From positions 5,101 through 69,100 of the forward strand of contig JBIIDH010000001.1 of assembly GCA_044238435.1 (NCBI GenBank): a DNA stretch of 64,000 nt, read 5' to 3'. The notes beneath the pieces were generated by a model. It was given only the letters and a program-made list of their open reading frames with translations, searched no databases and had not been told where the DNA came from. This stretch comes from Ilumatobacteraceae bacterium. GTDB lineage: Bacteria; Actinomycetota; Acidimicrobiia; Acidimicrobiales; Ilumatobacteraceae. Position numbers and translations under genes: made by a program. Below are positions 44,186 through 54,220 of the stretch, piece by piece. Positions within the stretch are counted from its first letter, which is position 1, and every line of letters starts with the position of its first letter.

Positions 44186-45781
44186 TCAACTACCGCGGCG
44201 CTGTTCCGCTCGGCGCTCGGCCTCGAGCCGCTCGAGCTCAGGGGCGGCGACGGTGATGTGCGTCATCGCATCAGCGACGGCATGGTGCCCGGCCTGCTCG
44301 GCGATGAGGCGATGCATCTCGAGCGCCACCCGGCGGTACGAGGGGTGGCCCTGGGGCGACGAGCGCAGTTCGAGCATGTGGATGGCCTCGCGGGCGTTGA
44401 ACTGCATCGAGTACCGGATGCGGTACGCCATCGAGACTGCGTAGCTGGCCTGTTCGGGGAACTCGTCCTTCAACGCGTCGTACAGCGCCGCCGAGCGCGC
44501 CATGGCGTCGTCGAACACATCGGCCATGCCGGCCTCGTCGATCAGTTCCGGCCGCACGTAGCCGTGGTTCGGCGTGAGCCGCTGCCACTCGACGGTGAGC
44601 ATGCGATGGCGCTGCAGGTCGCGGAAGGCGCCGTAGTCGGTGAGCACGTCGAAGCGGTAGTCGACGCGCTCGAAGGCCCGGCCCGGCTTGTGGCGACGGT
44701 TCTCGCGTTCGCCCACGTAGGCACGCATCAGCGCCAGGCGTTCCGTCGCCCCCATCCGCTGCACCCGCTCGAGCACCTGGTGCTCGGGCAGATTGGTGTG
44801 CGGATAGCAGATGGCGGCCAGCATCTTGTCCTCGGCCTCGGGGTCGAAGTCGACGAGTTCGACGAACTCGGCCCGGTCCACCGGTGTCTCGCCGAACAGC
44901 GAGTCGACGAGCTCACCCGTACGGGTGCGGGTGGAGGTGAGGTAGTCGCTCCAGCGCCCACCGCGGTCGGCCAGGTCGACGCGGCGCAGGAAGCTGGGGA
45001 TCACCTTGCGCAACTCGGCCAGCATCAGATCGGCGTAGTGGCGGGCCTCGGGCAACGGGTGCGAGCGCATGCGCAGCAGCAGCTGCTCGAATCCCTGACC
45101 CGAGCCGTAGATGCCGACGTTCGACAGCGACGACGCCGGCAGCACACCGCGCACGGCATCGAGCGCCTTGGCCCGGGTGGCCTGGCGGAAGACGAAGTCG
45201 GAGTCGTTGCCCTGGGGGATGCTGGCCCGCACGTGGTCGGTGACCTTGGTGAGCAGCAGGCTGTAGGCGTCGAACATGCGGTCCATGTCGCCCACGTAGC
45301 GCGTGCCGAACCGGCTCGACAGCAGTGCCGGGTCGCGGAAGTACCGGTAGCGGCCACCCAGGCGTGCGTCGTAGGCGATGTACCGGGTGCTCTGCTCGAG
45401 GTAGCTCATCAGCCGGCCCCACTCGAGCACTTTGGTGAGCACGTTCGAGGCCTGCTCACAGGCCAGGTGCACACCGCCGAGCTGGGCGACCGAGTCGTCG
45501 CCGTACTCGAAGAACACCTTCTCGTACAGTTCCTCGGCCCGTTCCAGGCCCATCGTGGCATCGACGGACTGGTCGCCGCTGATGTCGAGGTCGCCGACGA
45601 ACTCGTCGAGGAAGAGCCGTCGCAGGCTCTTCGGGCTGCGGCTGTAGCGGGCGAACAGCGCGCCCTTCACCACCTCGGGCAGGTTCACCAGTGCGAACAC
45701 CGGGCCGTCGAGGTTGGTGAAGTAGCGACGCAGGATGTCGGCTTCGCCAGGGGTGAACGCTTCGGGGACGTAGACCGTCAC
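44186..45781 (-). CDS. ThyX-like (FAD-dependent thymidylate synthase family) protein, double-length
   Basis: 531 aa. It has an RHR-containing motif DLQRHRMLTVEWQR and ThyX-like N-terminal …ALFARYSRSPKSL…. It is about twice canonical ThyX length. Assignment is tentative. Confidence 0.45.
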   Translation of the reverse strand: MTVYVPEAFTPGEADILRRYFTNLDGPVFALVNLPEVVKGALFARYSRSPKSLRRLFLDEFVGDLDISGDQSVDATMGLERAEELYEKVFFEYGDDSVAQLGGVHLACEQASNVLTKVLEWGRLMSYLEQSTRYIAYDARLGGRYRYFRDPALLSSRFGTRYVGDMDRMFDAYSLLLTKVTDHVRASIPQGNDSDFVFRQATRAKALDAVRGVLPASSLSNVGIYGSGQGFEQLLLRMRSHPLPEARHYADLMLAELRKVIPSFLRRVDLADRGGRWSDYLTSTRTRTGELVDSLFGETPVDRAEFVELVDFDPEAEDKMLAAICYPHTNLPEHQVLERVQRMGATERLALMRAYVGERENRRHKPGRAFERVDYRFDVLTDYGAFRDLQRHRMLTVEWQRLTPNHGYVRPELIDEAGMADVFDDAMARSAALYDALKDEFPEQASYAVSMAYRIRYSMQFNAREAIHMLELRSSPQGHPSYRRVALEMHRLIAEQAGHHAVADAMTHITVAAPELERLEAERRAEQRRGS

Positions 45782-45844
45782 AACGTCGAACTCTAGGCGG
45801 CGCGGCGACGAATCCCCGGGATAGGAGTCGTCTCACCGACCAGG

Positions 45845-47080
45845 TCAGAGCACCGACACACCGGTCGGCCGCATCGCGAACTCGCGATCGACCTGTTCGC
45901 GCAGTGCAGCCGAGCACCACAGGTCGACGACGGTCATGGCCATGGCCTTGGCCCCGTCGATCACGGCGCGGTCGCCCGATTCGCCACCGGCGAATGCTGC
46001 GAACTCGAGCGTGTGGATGGGCACTCCGGCGTCGGCCACCTGGATCATCGGGTGGATCGACGGCACCAGGTAGCTGATGTTGCCCATGTCGGTGGAGCCG
46101 ACCACGGCCTTGCCCACCGCACGGGGATCGACCACGCTGCGGCCGATGCGATCGGCGTTGGCCACGTAGGCAGCGACGATCGGGCCGTTGTCGATCATGT
46201 CGGCGTAGGGGTCGCCCTCCCACGCGGCGGTGCACCCGCACCCGGTGGCGGCCGCCGATGCCTCGAGCGCGGTGCGCACGCGCTGCTTCAGCGGCTGCAG
46301 CGAGGCGATGGTGGGCGACCTGACCATCCACAGCATCTCGGTCTCGGCAGGGACGATGTTGGCCACATCGCCCGCCCGGGTGAACACCCCGTGGATGCGC
46401 TCGGTGGGCAGGATGTGCTGGCGCAGCGCGGCCACGTTCATGTAGCCGAGCACGGCGGCGTCGAGCGCGTTGCGGCCCTCGTGCGGGGCAGCGGCGGCGT
46501 GTGCAGCACGGCCGTGGTACTGCACCCGCATCTGCTCGATCGCGATGCAGTCCATCCGCACCAGGTCGGCATCGGCGGGGTGCACCATCATCGCTGCAGT
46601 GAGCCCCTCGAACGCGCCCTTGCGGGCCATGCGGATCTTGCCGCCACCTCCCTCCTCGGCGGGTGTGCCCATGATGCGCACCCGACCTCCGGCCTCGTCG
46701 GCCAGAGCCGCTGCCGCCAAGCCGGCACCCAGGCCCGCGGCAGCGATGACGTTGTGCCCACAGGCGTGGCCCACCCCGGGCAGGGCGTCGTACTCGCACA
46801 GCACGGCGATCTCGGGGCCCTCGCTGCCGGCGCGGGCCTCGAACGCGGTGTCGACCCCGTAGGCGTGGCGCGTGGCGGTGCGGCCGGTGTCGTCGAGCAC
46901 CTGGGTGAGCAGGTCGTGGGCGAACACCTCCTGGTAGTTCAGTTCCGGGTGGGCGTGGATCTGCCGGCTCGTGTCGACCAGCCGATCGGCGAGGCGGTCG
47001 ACCTCGGCGCAGACGCGTTGCTTGAGCGATTCGATCCAGCCAGGCTGGTCCCGACCAGTTCCGATTGGGGCAGTGTCCAT
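45845..47080 (-). CDS. M20-family metallopeptidase / amidohydrolase (M20D, aminoacylase/hippuricase-like)
   Basis: 411 aa. …IHAHPELNYQEV…CEYDALPGVGHACGHN… is the M20D metal-binding region. Confidence 0.8.
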   Translation of the reverse strand: MDTAPIGTGRDQPGWIESLKQRVCAEVDRLADRLVDTSRQIHAHPELNYQEVFAHDLLTQVLDDTGRTATRHAYGVDTAFEARAGSEGPEIAVLCEYDALPGVGHACGHNVIAAAGLGAGLAAAALADEAGGRVRIMGTPAEEGGGGKIRMARKGAFEGLTAAMMVHPADADLVRMDCIAIEQMRVQYHGRAAHAAAAPHEGRNALDAAVLGYMNVAALRQHILPTERIHGVFTRAGDVANIVPAETEMLWMVRSPTIASLQPLKQRVRTALEASAAATGCGCTAAWEGDPYADMIDNGPIVAAYVANADRIGRSVVDPRAVGKAVVGSTDMGNISYLVPSIHPMIQVADAGVPIHTLEFAAFAGGESGDRAVIDGAKAMAMTVVDLWCSAALREQVDREFAMRPTGVSVL

Positions 47081-47107
47081 GGCCGAGACGGTACCGCGGC
47101 CGGGCGG

Positions 47108-47668
47108 CTACACGCAGACCAGCAGCGGCTCGGACTCGACCGTGACGGTGGCTTCGCGCACCGTCGCCCACGGTCGCCCGTCGAGCCACACCCGGGTGGG
47201 TCGCCGCCAGACGAGATCGATCGATGCGGCCTGACGCACCGAGATGTGCGGATGCGGGAGGTGTGCACCCAGGGGAAGTCGTCGCTTCGCAGTACGGCGG
47301 TCGCGCAGGCTCATCGCTCGGTCGACCCGCACCACATCGACCCGCCCGTCGCCGGGATGCGCTCGGGGCGCGACGTCCCAGGAGCCGAGGTACTGACCGT
47401 TCATCACCGCCGTCAGCTCGCCCCGCCACCAGGCCCGCCGGGCGAGCAGGTGGACGACGAACCAGCCCGTCGCCTCGGGAGTGTCGACCCGCACCACGTC
47501 CACCGGCAACAGCGCCACCTCACCGGCGAACCGGGTGGGATCGCCCGAGCCACCCACGCAGCGCAGCAGGTCGCCGCCGAGCAGGCCCACCGGGGGTAGC
47601 GGCTCGCCTGCCCTACGGCAGCGGGTGACGAGCGTGTTCAGTTCGCCGTCGGAGCCCACGACGACCAT
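47108..47668 (-). CDS. degenerate diacylglycerol-kinase-catalytic-domain (YegS-like lipid kinase) protein; start uncertain (possibly up to 47722)
   Basis: GSDGELNTLV resembles the GGDGT motif and PVGLLGGDLLRCVGGSG resembles PLGxxPxGTGND. The N-terminal about 50 aa usually found in the family are absent or overlap helY. Confidence 0.35.
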   Translation of the reverse strand: MVVVGSDGELNTLVTRCRRAGEPLPPVGLLGGDLLRCVGGSGDPTRFAGEVALLPVDVVRVDTPEATGWFVVHLLARRAWWRGELTAVMNGQYLGSWDVAPRAHPGDGRVDVVRVDRAMSLRDRRTAKRRLPLGAHLPHPHISVRQAASIDLVWRRPTRVWLDGRPWATVREATVTVESEPLLVCV

Positions 47669-47702
47669 GCCGTCGGGTGCCGCGCCGGTGCCGCCCCAGG
47701 CC

Positions 47703-50360
47703 TCACCCTTGCGGATCGGCACCGGGGTCCTCCACCTCGACCGCGCTCGACGCGGCGACCACCCCGCGGAACAGTTGCTGTGCCGCCTGGTCGGCTGCAC
47801 GGCGGGTGTCGCGTTCGGGTGCCACCAGGGCCAGCTGGCGCAGCAGGTCGATGAGTTGCTTGGTGGTGCGCACGAAGTCGCCGCCGCTCAGTTCCTCGTC
47901 GGCCACCACCTCGGCGAAGCCCTCCCCCGCCGCCCAGGCGTAGGCGATGGCTACGAAGGTGGGGTCGGGCGGGCGGTGTTCGGCCAGTCCGGCAGCGTCT
48001 TCGATCGAACGCAGTTCGTCGCTGACGGCTCGGATGCGCTGCCATCGACGCCGGGCGAGCGGCGACGGGAACCACGGGGGCGGCGGCGGGTCGGGGCTGC
48101 GGTGCTCGTACACGAACACCGACACCAGCGCCGCCAGCACCGGCGGTTCGAGACCGTCGAGCAGACCTTGGCGGAGGCATTCGACGATCAGCAGATCGCA
48201 CTCGTGGAACGTGCGCGCCAGGATGTCGCCCGCCGGGGTGAGCGACCACCCGTCGACGTAGTCCCAGTTCTGGAGGATGCGCAGCACGCGGTCGAAATCA
48301 CGCGAGATGGTCTGGCTGCGACCGCGCATGCGCTGACGCAGTTCGTCGATCTCGCGGGCCACGCGGGCGGCCTGGTTCGCAGCCTTGAGCCGATCGGCCA
48401 GATCGGGATCGGCCTCGACGGGATGCGCCGCGAGCGCATCCTCCACCTCACCGACCCGGCGCCGACCCCGCGTGTGCGCTTCCACCTCGGCGCGCTCGAG
48501 CCGTCGAGCCACCTCGCGCTGGTAGTCGGCGCTGTTGGGTGCGAAGTCGTCGGGCAGTTCGATGTGCCCGATGGCCCGCGGCACCTCGTCGAAGTCGGTG
48601 GCATCGAGTTGGATGAGGTCGCGCCGCGTGGTGACGCCACTCACACGGATGCCGTTCTTGCGGTGCGCCGAGGCCAGCACCGCCACCCGCCCGGCGTAGC
48701 GGCCCTTGTCGGCGTACACGACGTCGCCCGGCTTCAGCTTCAGCAGCGCCAGCGTGATCGGGTCGTCGCGACCGATCGACGGCGCCTGCCCACCCGCCAG
48801 TTCGTTGCGGCGCTCGAGCAGTCGGCGGTACTCGTCGATGTCGCCGTACGGGCTCACCGATGCAGCGGTGAGGTCGCGCAGATGCTGCTGACGGCGTTCG
48901 AGACGCGACTCGATCTTCACCACGTCGCGGTCGGCCTGGTACTGGGCGAACGAGAGGTTGAGCAGATGATGGGCCTGGTCGCTGGTGTACGACCGCACCA
49001 GGTTGGCCGCCATGTTGTACGTGGGACGGAACGCCGAGTTGAGGTGGAACACACGGCTCGACGCCAGCGCGGCGATCTGGTCGAACGGCACGAACGGGCT
49101 CCACAGCACGATGGCGTTGCCGAGATCGTCGATACCACGGCGGCCGGCCCGCCCGGTGAGCTGGGTGTACTCGCCCGGGCTGAGGAACGCGTGGTGGTCG
49201 CCGGTGAACTTGGTGAGTTTCTCGATGACCACACACTTGGCGGGCATGTTCAGGCCCACTGCGAGGGTCTCGGTGGCGAACACCACCTTCACCAGCCCGG
49301 CGGTGAAGCAGGCCTCGACCACCTCCTTGAACGGCGGCACCATACCGGCGTGGTGCGCGGCGATGCCCGCTTCGAGCTGGGCGAGGAACTGGCCGTAGCC
49401 CAGCACGGCCAGGTCGGCAGCTTCCATCGAACCGAGTCGGGCGTCGACGATGGCCCGGATGCGGTCGCGTTCGTCGCCAGTGGTGAGCCGCAGTCCTGCT
49501 GCCAGAGCCGTACGGGCGGCCTCGTCGCACTGGTTGCGACTGAAGATGAAGTAGATGGCGGGCAGCATCTCGTCGTGCTCGAGCACGTCGATGACGTCGA
49601 GCCGAGTGGGCGTGTACAGCTTGCGCCGTCCCTGGGTGCCCTTGCGTTGGCGACCGCCACGCGGCGCCCGGGCAGCTTCACTGTCGATGCGCAGTGCGTT
49701 CTGGTTGGGGCGACCACCCACCAGCACCGGCAGCAGGTGAAGGCGGCCGTGGGTCTTGTCGCCGACCAGGTAGAGGTTCTCGAGGCGGACGGGGCGTCGC
49801 TCCTCGACGATGGCCCGCGTGGGGCCGCGCACGGTGGAGATCCAGTCGGCGAGCTCCTGCGCGTTGCTCACCGTGGCCGACAGGCACACCAGGCGCACCG
49901 CATCCGGCAGGTGGATGATGACCTCCTCCCACACCGGTCCGCGGTAGGTGTCCTGCAGGAAGTGCACCTCGTCGAGCACCACCACGTCGAGCAGATCGAG
50001 GCCGCTGCTGCGCGCGTAGATCATGTTGCGCAACACCTCGGTGGTCATCACCACCACCGGCGCATCGCCATTGATGGTGTTGTCGCCGGTGAGCAGGCCC
50101 ACCGAGTCGGGACCGTACCGCTCGACGAGGTCGTGGTACTTCTGGTTCGACAGCGCCTTGATGGGCGCCGTGTAGAACGCCCGTCGCCCGGCTCGTCGGG
50201 CTGCCTCGATTGCGTACTCGGCCACCACCGTCTTGCCGCTGCCCGTGGGGGCCGCCACGAGCACCGACTCGCCGGCGTCGAGCGCGTCGAAGGCCTGCAG
50301 TTGGAACCCGTCGAGCGGGAAGGCGTACTGCGAGGTCAGTTCGGCCCGGTCGGCGCGCAC
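47703..50360 (-). CDS. helY: Ski2-like DEAD/DEAH-box ATP-dependent RNA helicase
   Basis: 885 aa. Walker A APTGSGKT, DEVH box, SAT, C-terminal DSHCT-like region. It is located next to tatC as in other actinobacteria. Confidence 0.9.
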   Translation of the reverse strand: MRADRAELTSQYAFPLDGFQLQAFDALDAGESVLVAAPTGSGKTVVAEYAIEAARRAGRRAFYTAPIKALSNQKYHDLVERYGPDSVGLLTGDNTINGDAPVVVMTTEVLRNMIYARSSGLDLLDVVVLDEVHFLQDTYRGPVWEEVIIHLPDAVRLVCLSATVSNAQELADWISTVRGPTRAIVEERRPVRLENLYLVGDKTHGRLHLLPVLVGGRPNQNALRIDSEAARAPRGGRQRKGTQGRRKLYTPTRLDVIDVLEHDEMLPAIYFIFSRNQCDEAARTALAAGLRLTTGDERDRIRAIVDARLGSMEAADLAVLGYGQFLAQLEAGIAAHHAGMVPPFKEVVEACFTAGLVKVVFATETLAVGLNMPAKCVVIEKLTKFTGDHHAFLSPGEYTQLTGRAGRRGIDDLGNAIVLWSPFVPFDQIAALASSRVFHLNSAFRPTYNMAANLVRSYTSDQAHHLLNLSFAQYQADRDVVKIESRLERRQQHLRDLTAASVSPYGDIDEYRRLLERRNELAGGQAPSIGRDDPITLALLKLKPGDVVYADKGRYAGRVAVLASAHRKNGIRVSGVTTRRDLIQLDATDFDEVPRAIGHIELPDDFAPNSADYQREVARRLERAEVEAHTRGRRRVGEVEDALAAHPVEADPDLADRLKAANQAARVAREIDELRQRMRGRSQTISRDFDRVLRILQNWDYVDGWSLTPAGDILARTFHECDLLIVECLRQGLLDGLEPPVLAALVSVFVYEHRSPDPPPPPWFPSPLARRRWQRIRAVSDELRSIEDAAGLAEHRPPDPTFVAIAYAWAAGEGFAEVVADEELSGGDFVRTTKQLIDLLRQLALVAPERDTRRAADQAAQQLFRGVVAASSAVEVEDPGADPQG

Positions 50361-50372
50361 AGGTGCATCGTG

Positions 50373-51182
50373 TCAGGTTGCGGTGGCTTGTGCGGCACGT
50401 CGGCGCTTCTGGACCAGATAGCCGATGAGGACGGCGATCAGGTAGAAGAACGTCATCGGCAGCGCCAGCGCCATCATGCTGTACGGATCGCCGCTCGGCG
50501 TGATGACCGCGGCGATGACGAAGATCGTGAGGATGGCGTAGCGCCAGCCCTTGATGAGGGTCTGCGGGGTGAGCACGCCGACGAGCTGCAGGAACACCAA
50601 CAGCACGGGGAACTCGAACGCAATGCCGAACGCAGCGACCATGAGGCCGACGAGTCGCACGTATTCGCTCACCCGGAAGATCGACTGCACATCCTCGCCA
50701 GCCCACGAGATGAGGAAGTCGAGCGCCTTGTCGAGCGTCCAGTAGGCGACGTACGCGCCCATCAGGAACAGCGCCAACGAGCAGAGGATGAACGGGATGG
50801 CGTACTTCTTCTCCTTGGCGTGCATCGCCGGCACGATGAACCGCCAGAGCTGCCACATCAGCACCGGCAGGGCGATGATGACGCCGCCGTAGGTGGCGAT
50901 GGAGAGCCGGGTACTGAAGCCCTCGAGGGGGGCGGTGGAGATGACGTTGCCATTGCTCAACTCGCAGAACTGCGGCTTCAGCGCACACAACTGCCGGTAG
51001 GGCTCGAGCAGGAAGTCCATCACCGGGTCGTAGAACGCGAGGATGATGACGATGCCCACCACCACGGCGAGCAGGCCGCGGATGATGCGCGTGCGCAGTT
51101 CGGCCAGGTGATCCGTGAGGGTCATCTGGTCGTCGGGCGTCTTCACCTGCGGCCGCTCGGCACGCTTGAACGGGTTCTTCAC
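50373..51182 (-). CDS. tatC: twin-arginine translocase subunit TatC
   Basis: 269 aa, six TM helices. …MTLTDHLAELRTRIIRGL… is the TatC N-motif. The ATG overlaps the tatA stop (ATGA). Confidence 0.9.
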   Translation of the reverse strand: MKNPFKRAERPQVKTPDDQMTLTDHLAELRTRIIRGLLAVVVGIVIILAFYDPVMDFLLEPYRQLCALKPQFCELSNGNVISTAPLEGFSTRLSIATYGGVIIALPVLMWQLWRFIVPAMHAKEKKYAIPFILCSLALFLMGAYVAYWTLDKALDFLISWAGEDVQSIFRVSEYVRLVGLMVAAFGIAFEFPVLLVFLQLVGVLTPQTLIKGWRYAILTIFVIAAVITPSGDPYSMMALALPMTFFYLIAVLIGYLVQKRRRAAQATAT

Positions 51183-51730
51183 GACGCGTCGGCCTCACCG
51201 TCGGGTGCGGAGGTGGGCTGGGCCGGGTTGTTCGGCCGATACGTGTGGTCACGGTCCATCACGACGCTGTCGAGCATCGACAGGTCGGGGCCGGCTGCCT
51301 CGGTGGGCGTCTCGAGGGCCGACGGCACCGGCGGGGGTGTTGGTGCCGTTTCGTGTGCGCTCCACATCTGTTTCGGTTCGGGCGTCGCCACCGGCGGTGC
51401 GGCACCGGTGGCATCGGCTCCGGTGTCGGCCGCACTGTCGGCCCCGGTGTCGGGCGCCGGTGCGACCCCCGCGGGCTTCTTGCCCTCCAGCATGTCGGCG
51501 GCAATGTCGAACGATGCAGCCTGCTTGAACGCGTCGGCGGTCTCGCGCATTTCGCGCATCGGCTCGTCGAGGGCGGTCTTCAGTTCGCTCTGGAAGCCCG
51601 TGGTCATCTTCTTGAACTCGGCGTAGGTCTTGCCGAACGAGCGGATCGCGTCGGGCAACTTCTCCGGGCCGAGAATGATCAACGCCAGCAAGAGCAGGAA
51701 GACGATCTCGCTGCCGGAGAAGTTGAACAC
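51179..51730 (-). CDS. tatA: twin-arginine translocase TatA/TatB-family protein (long Pro/Ala-rich tail)
   Basis: MFNFSGSEIVFLLLLALIILGPEKLPDAIRSFGKTYAEFKK is the canonical TatA/B TM plus amphipathic helix. Confidence 0.85.
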   Translation of the reverse strand: MFNFSGSEIVFLLLLALIILGPEKLPDAIRSFGKTYAEFKKMTTGFQSELKTALDEPMREMRETADAFKQAASFDIAADMLEGKKPAGVAPAPDTGADSAADTGADATGAAPPVATPEPKQMWSAHETAPTPPPVPSALETPTEAAGPDLSMLDSVVMDRDHTYRPNNPAQPTSAPDGEADAS

Positions 51731-51799
51731 GGCGCAAGTCTAGGAGAACAGCCCGCTGGTTCAGCAGCGACACAGACGAGTGGGTGGCACACTGGCGGG

Positions 51800-52531
51800 G
51801 TGCAGCAACGGCTCCCCTCCCTGCTCGACGACCCCATCGCCTTCGCCCATCGAGGGGCTCGGGCCCATGCGCCGGAGAACACGCTCGAGGCCTTCACCCT
51901 GGCGCTCCGACTGGGCGCGAACGGCCTCGAGAGCGACGTGTGGCTCACCGCCGACGGGGTGGCGGTGCTCGACCACGACGGCGTCGTGGTGAGCCGACTC
52001 CGGAAGCGGCCCATCGGCGAGGTCGCGCGCGCTGATCTGCCGCCACACATCCCTACGCTGGCCGATCTCTACGCGACGTGTGGCACCGCGTTCAGCCTCT
52101 CGCTGGATCTGAAGGCACCGGGTACGGGCCAGGCGGTCGTCGACGTCACCCGCGAGGCCGACCCCGGCATGCTCGAACGTCTGTGGTTGTGCGCACCGCA
52201 GTGGGAGACGCTGCTGCCGTTGCGCGGTCAGGGTGCGCGCCTCATCGACTCCACTCGCCTGGCCCGCATCAAGGAGGGACCCGAGCGCCGAGCGTCGCTG
52301 CTGGCGAACGAGGGCATCGACGGCATCAACCTCCACCACACCGATTGGAACGGTGGGCTGGTCGCCCTGTTCCACCGCTTCCAGCGGGTCGCCTTCGGTT
52401 GGGACATGCAGCACGACGACGTGTTGCGACCAGCGCTGCGGATGGGCCTCGACGCCGTCTACAGCGACTGGGTCGATCGGATGGTCGACGCCTACCAGAG
52501 CGAGGTCGGTCTGCCCCGGCGACCAGGATGA
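51800..52531 (+). CDS. glycerophosphodiester phosphodiesterase (GDPD) family protein
   Basis: GTG start VQQRLPSLLDDPIAFAHRGARAHAPENTLEAF…LESDVWLTADGVAVLDHD is the GDPD catalytic motif. Confidence 0.75.
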   Translation: MQQRLPSLLDDPIAFAHRGARAHAPENTLEAFTLALRLGANGLESDVWLTADGVAVLDHDGVVVSRLRKRPIGEVARADLPPHIPTLADLYATCGTAFSLSLDLKAPGTGQAVVDVTREADPGMLERLWLCAPQWETLLPLRGQGARLIDSTRLARIKEGPERRASLLANEGIDGINLHHTDWNGGLVALFHRFQRVAFGWDMQHDDVLRPALRMGLDAVYSDWVDRMVDAYQSEVGLPRRPG

Positions 52532-52543
52532 GCAGCCTGGCGG

Positions 52544-53149
52544 CTAGAGCCAGGCCCAGTCGCCCACGGGCCAGATGATGACGAAGGCCCGGCCGATGAG
52601 CATGCCTTCGGCCACCGGTCCGAACGCCCGACTGTCACTCGACCGACCCCGGTGGTCGCCGAGCACGAACACCGTATTGTCGGGCACCATCAGTGCGGTC
52701 TGGTCGCCGCCGCACCCGTCGCGCGCCTGCACCACCGGGTCGATGTACGGCTCGGTGAGCGGTGCACCATCGATGTACACGGTGCAGGCACGGAACTCGA
52801 CGGTCTCGCCGGGGAGGGCGACGATTCGTTTGATGAGGTCGCGTTCCTCGCTGACCGCGTCGAAGCGCTGCAGCACCACCACATCGCCGCGGCGCGGATC
52901 GTGGAGGCGGTAGCTGAGGCGGTTCACCAGCACCCGGTCGCCGTCCTGCAGGGTGCTCAGCATCGATTCGCCCTGGACGGCGAACTGCTGCACCACATAG
53001 GCGCGCACCAGCAGGGCCGACGAGATGGCGACCACGACGACGACGACCCACTCGACGAGCGGATTCATCTTTCGTCGACGCCGAGCCACCTCCCCCTCGA
53101 CCGGGTCGGTGGCGGCGGCAGCGTCGTCGCGCTGGAGGTGCTCGCTCAT
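52544..53149 (-). CDS. lepB: signal peptidase I
   Basis: 201 aa with a TM anchor, an S26 box …GESMLSTLQDGDRVLVN… (catalytic Ser) and …VLGDHRGRSSDSR…. Confidence 0.85.
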   Translation of the reverse strand: MSEHLQRDDAAAATDPVEGEVARRRRKMNPLVEWVVVVVVAISSALLVRAYVVQQFAVQGESMLSTLQDGDRVLVNRLSYRLHDPRRGDVVVLQRFDAVSEERDLIKRIVALPGETVEFRACTVYIDGAPLTEPYIDPVVQARDGCGGDQTALMVPDNTVFVLGDHRGRSSDSRAFGPVAEGMLIGRAFVIIWPVGDWAWL

Positions 53150-54207
53150 GCGCCCGACACGGTACCCGGCCCGGCGATGAGCGACACTGCATGGCTGGTG
53201 GCGGCACCTGCCGCAGCGAAGAACAACGGGTCCTCGAGCGGCCCGCGGCCCATTGTCGTCACCCGCAGCCGGAACTGCTCGAGCACGGCGGCGACATCAG
53301 GAGGCTGGGTCACCACCACCCGGTGCGGGGCCAGATCAGGGGCTGCTGCAGCCAGGCTGCCAGGCAGCACCACGTCGACCGGCACGGCCGTGAGCGCCAG
53401 CGCCGTACGGGTGTGGTGGCTCACACCACGGTGGCGTGGGCGTGTGTCGCCGTCGCTGGCACGCACCATCACCACCGGCCTCGCCCCCAGCTGCGACGCT
53501 GTCGTGGCGATGGAGGCCACCTCCACGGCCGTGGTGCCGAGTGCGCTGGCGGTACCCACCACGCCGGGGCCCATCACGCACACCACCAGGTCGGCCTCGG
53601 CCTGCTCGACGGCCAGCTGTAGCGCCGAGGCCGTGCTCACCGCTTCGAGGTCGCCGCCGAACGCGTGCCCGGCGGTGATCGTGGCGTGCAGCAGGCCGCG
53701 CATGCGCAACTCGTGCACGAGATCGCTGAGCGCGATGGGCAGCGCAGCCCCGTCGGTCATCACGTACACCACCCGCAGCCCCGGCCGCTGGGCGTGCGCC
53801 ACTGCGGCGGCCACCCCCAACTGGCTGTGCAGGCTGCCGACGATGACGGGCACACCCCCGAGGTGCGGCAACAGTGGTGCACCCTCCCCCGCTGCCCCGG
53901 CGTCGAGGTGTTCTTCGGCTGCGCCGGTGTCGACCTGCAGGCTGGTGTAGCGCACCTTCATGATGTGGCCCGGGCCGGGTTGGTGCAGTTCGCGGTGCGA
54001 CAGGTTCCAGTGCACGACGTGCCATCCGCCGGTGCCGAGGCCGAGGTCGACGGCTGTGGTGTTCACCACCACCTCGTCGCCCACGGCCACCGTGCCGACG
54101 AGCTGCGTCAGCACATAGGCACGGCTGCCGTCGGCGAGCGCCACCCGCTGCAGTCCGGGCCGCTCGACGAGCATCTCGACGACGCGGTGGGTGCGGAACG
54201 TGGTCAT
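53146..54207 (-). CDS. DUF3866-family protein
   Basis: 353 aa. The conserved N-terminus …RVALADGSRAYVLTQLVGTVAVGDEVVVNTTAVDLGLGTGGWH… recalls actinobacterial DUF3866. It overlaps lepB by 4 nt. Confidence 0.5.
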   Translation of the reverse strand: MTTFRTHRVVEMLVERPGLQRVALADGSRAYVLTQLVGTVAVGDEVVVNTTAVDLGLGTGGWHVVHWNLSHRELHQPGPGHIMKVRYTSLQVDTGAAEEHLDAGAAGEGAPLLPHLGGVPVIVGSLHSQLGVAAAVAHAQRPGLRVVYVMTDGAALPIALSDLVHELRMRGLLHATITAGHAFGGDLEAVSTASALQLAVEQAEADLVVCVMGPGVVGTASALGTTAVEVASIATTASQLGARPVVMVRASDGDTRPRHRGVSHHTRTALALTAVPVDVVLPGSLAAAAPDLAPHRVVVTQPPDVAAVLEQFRLRVTTMGRGPLEDPLFFAAAGAATSHAVSLIAGPGTVSGA

Positions 54208-54220
54208 CGCTGACGGCGAC

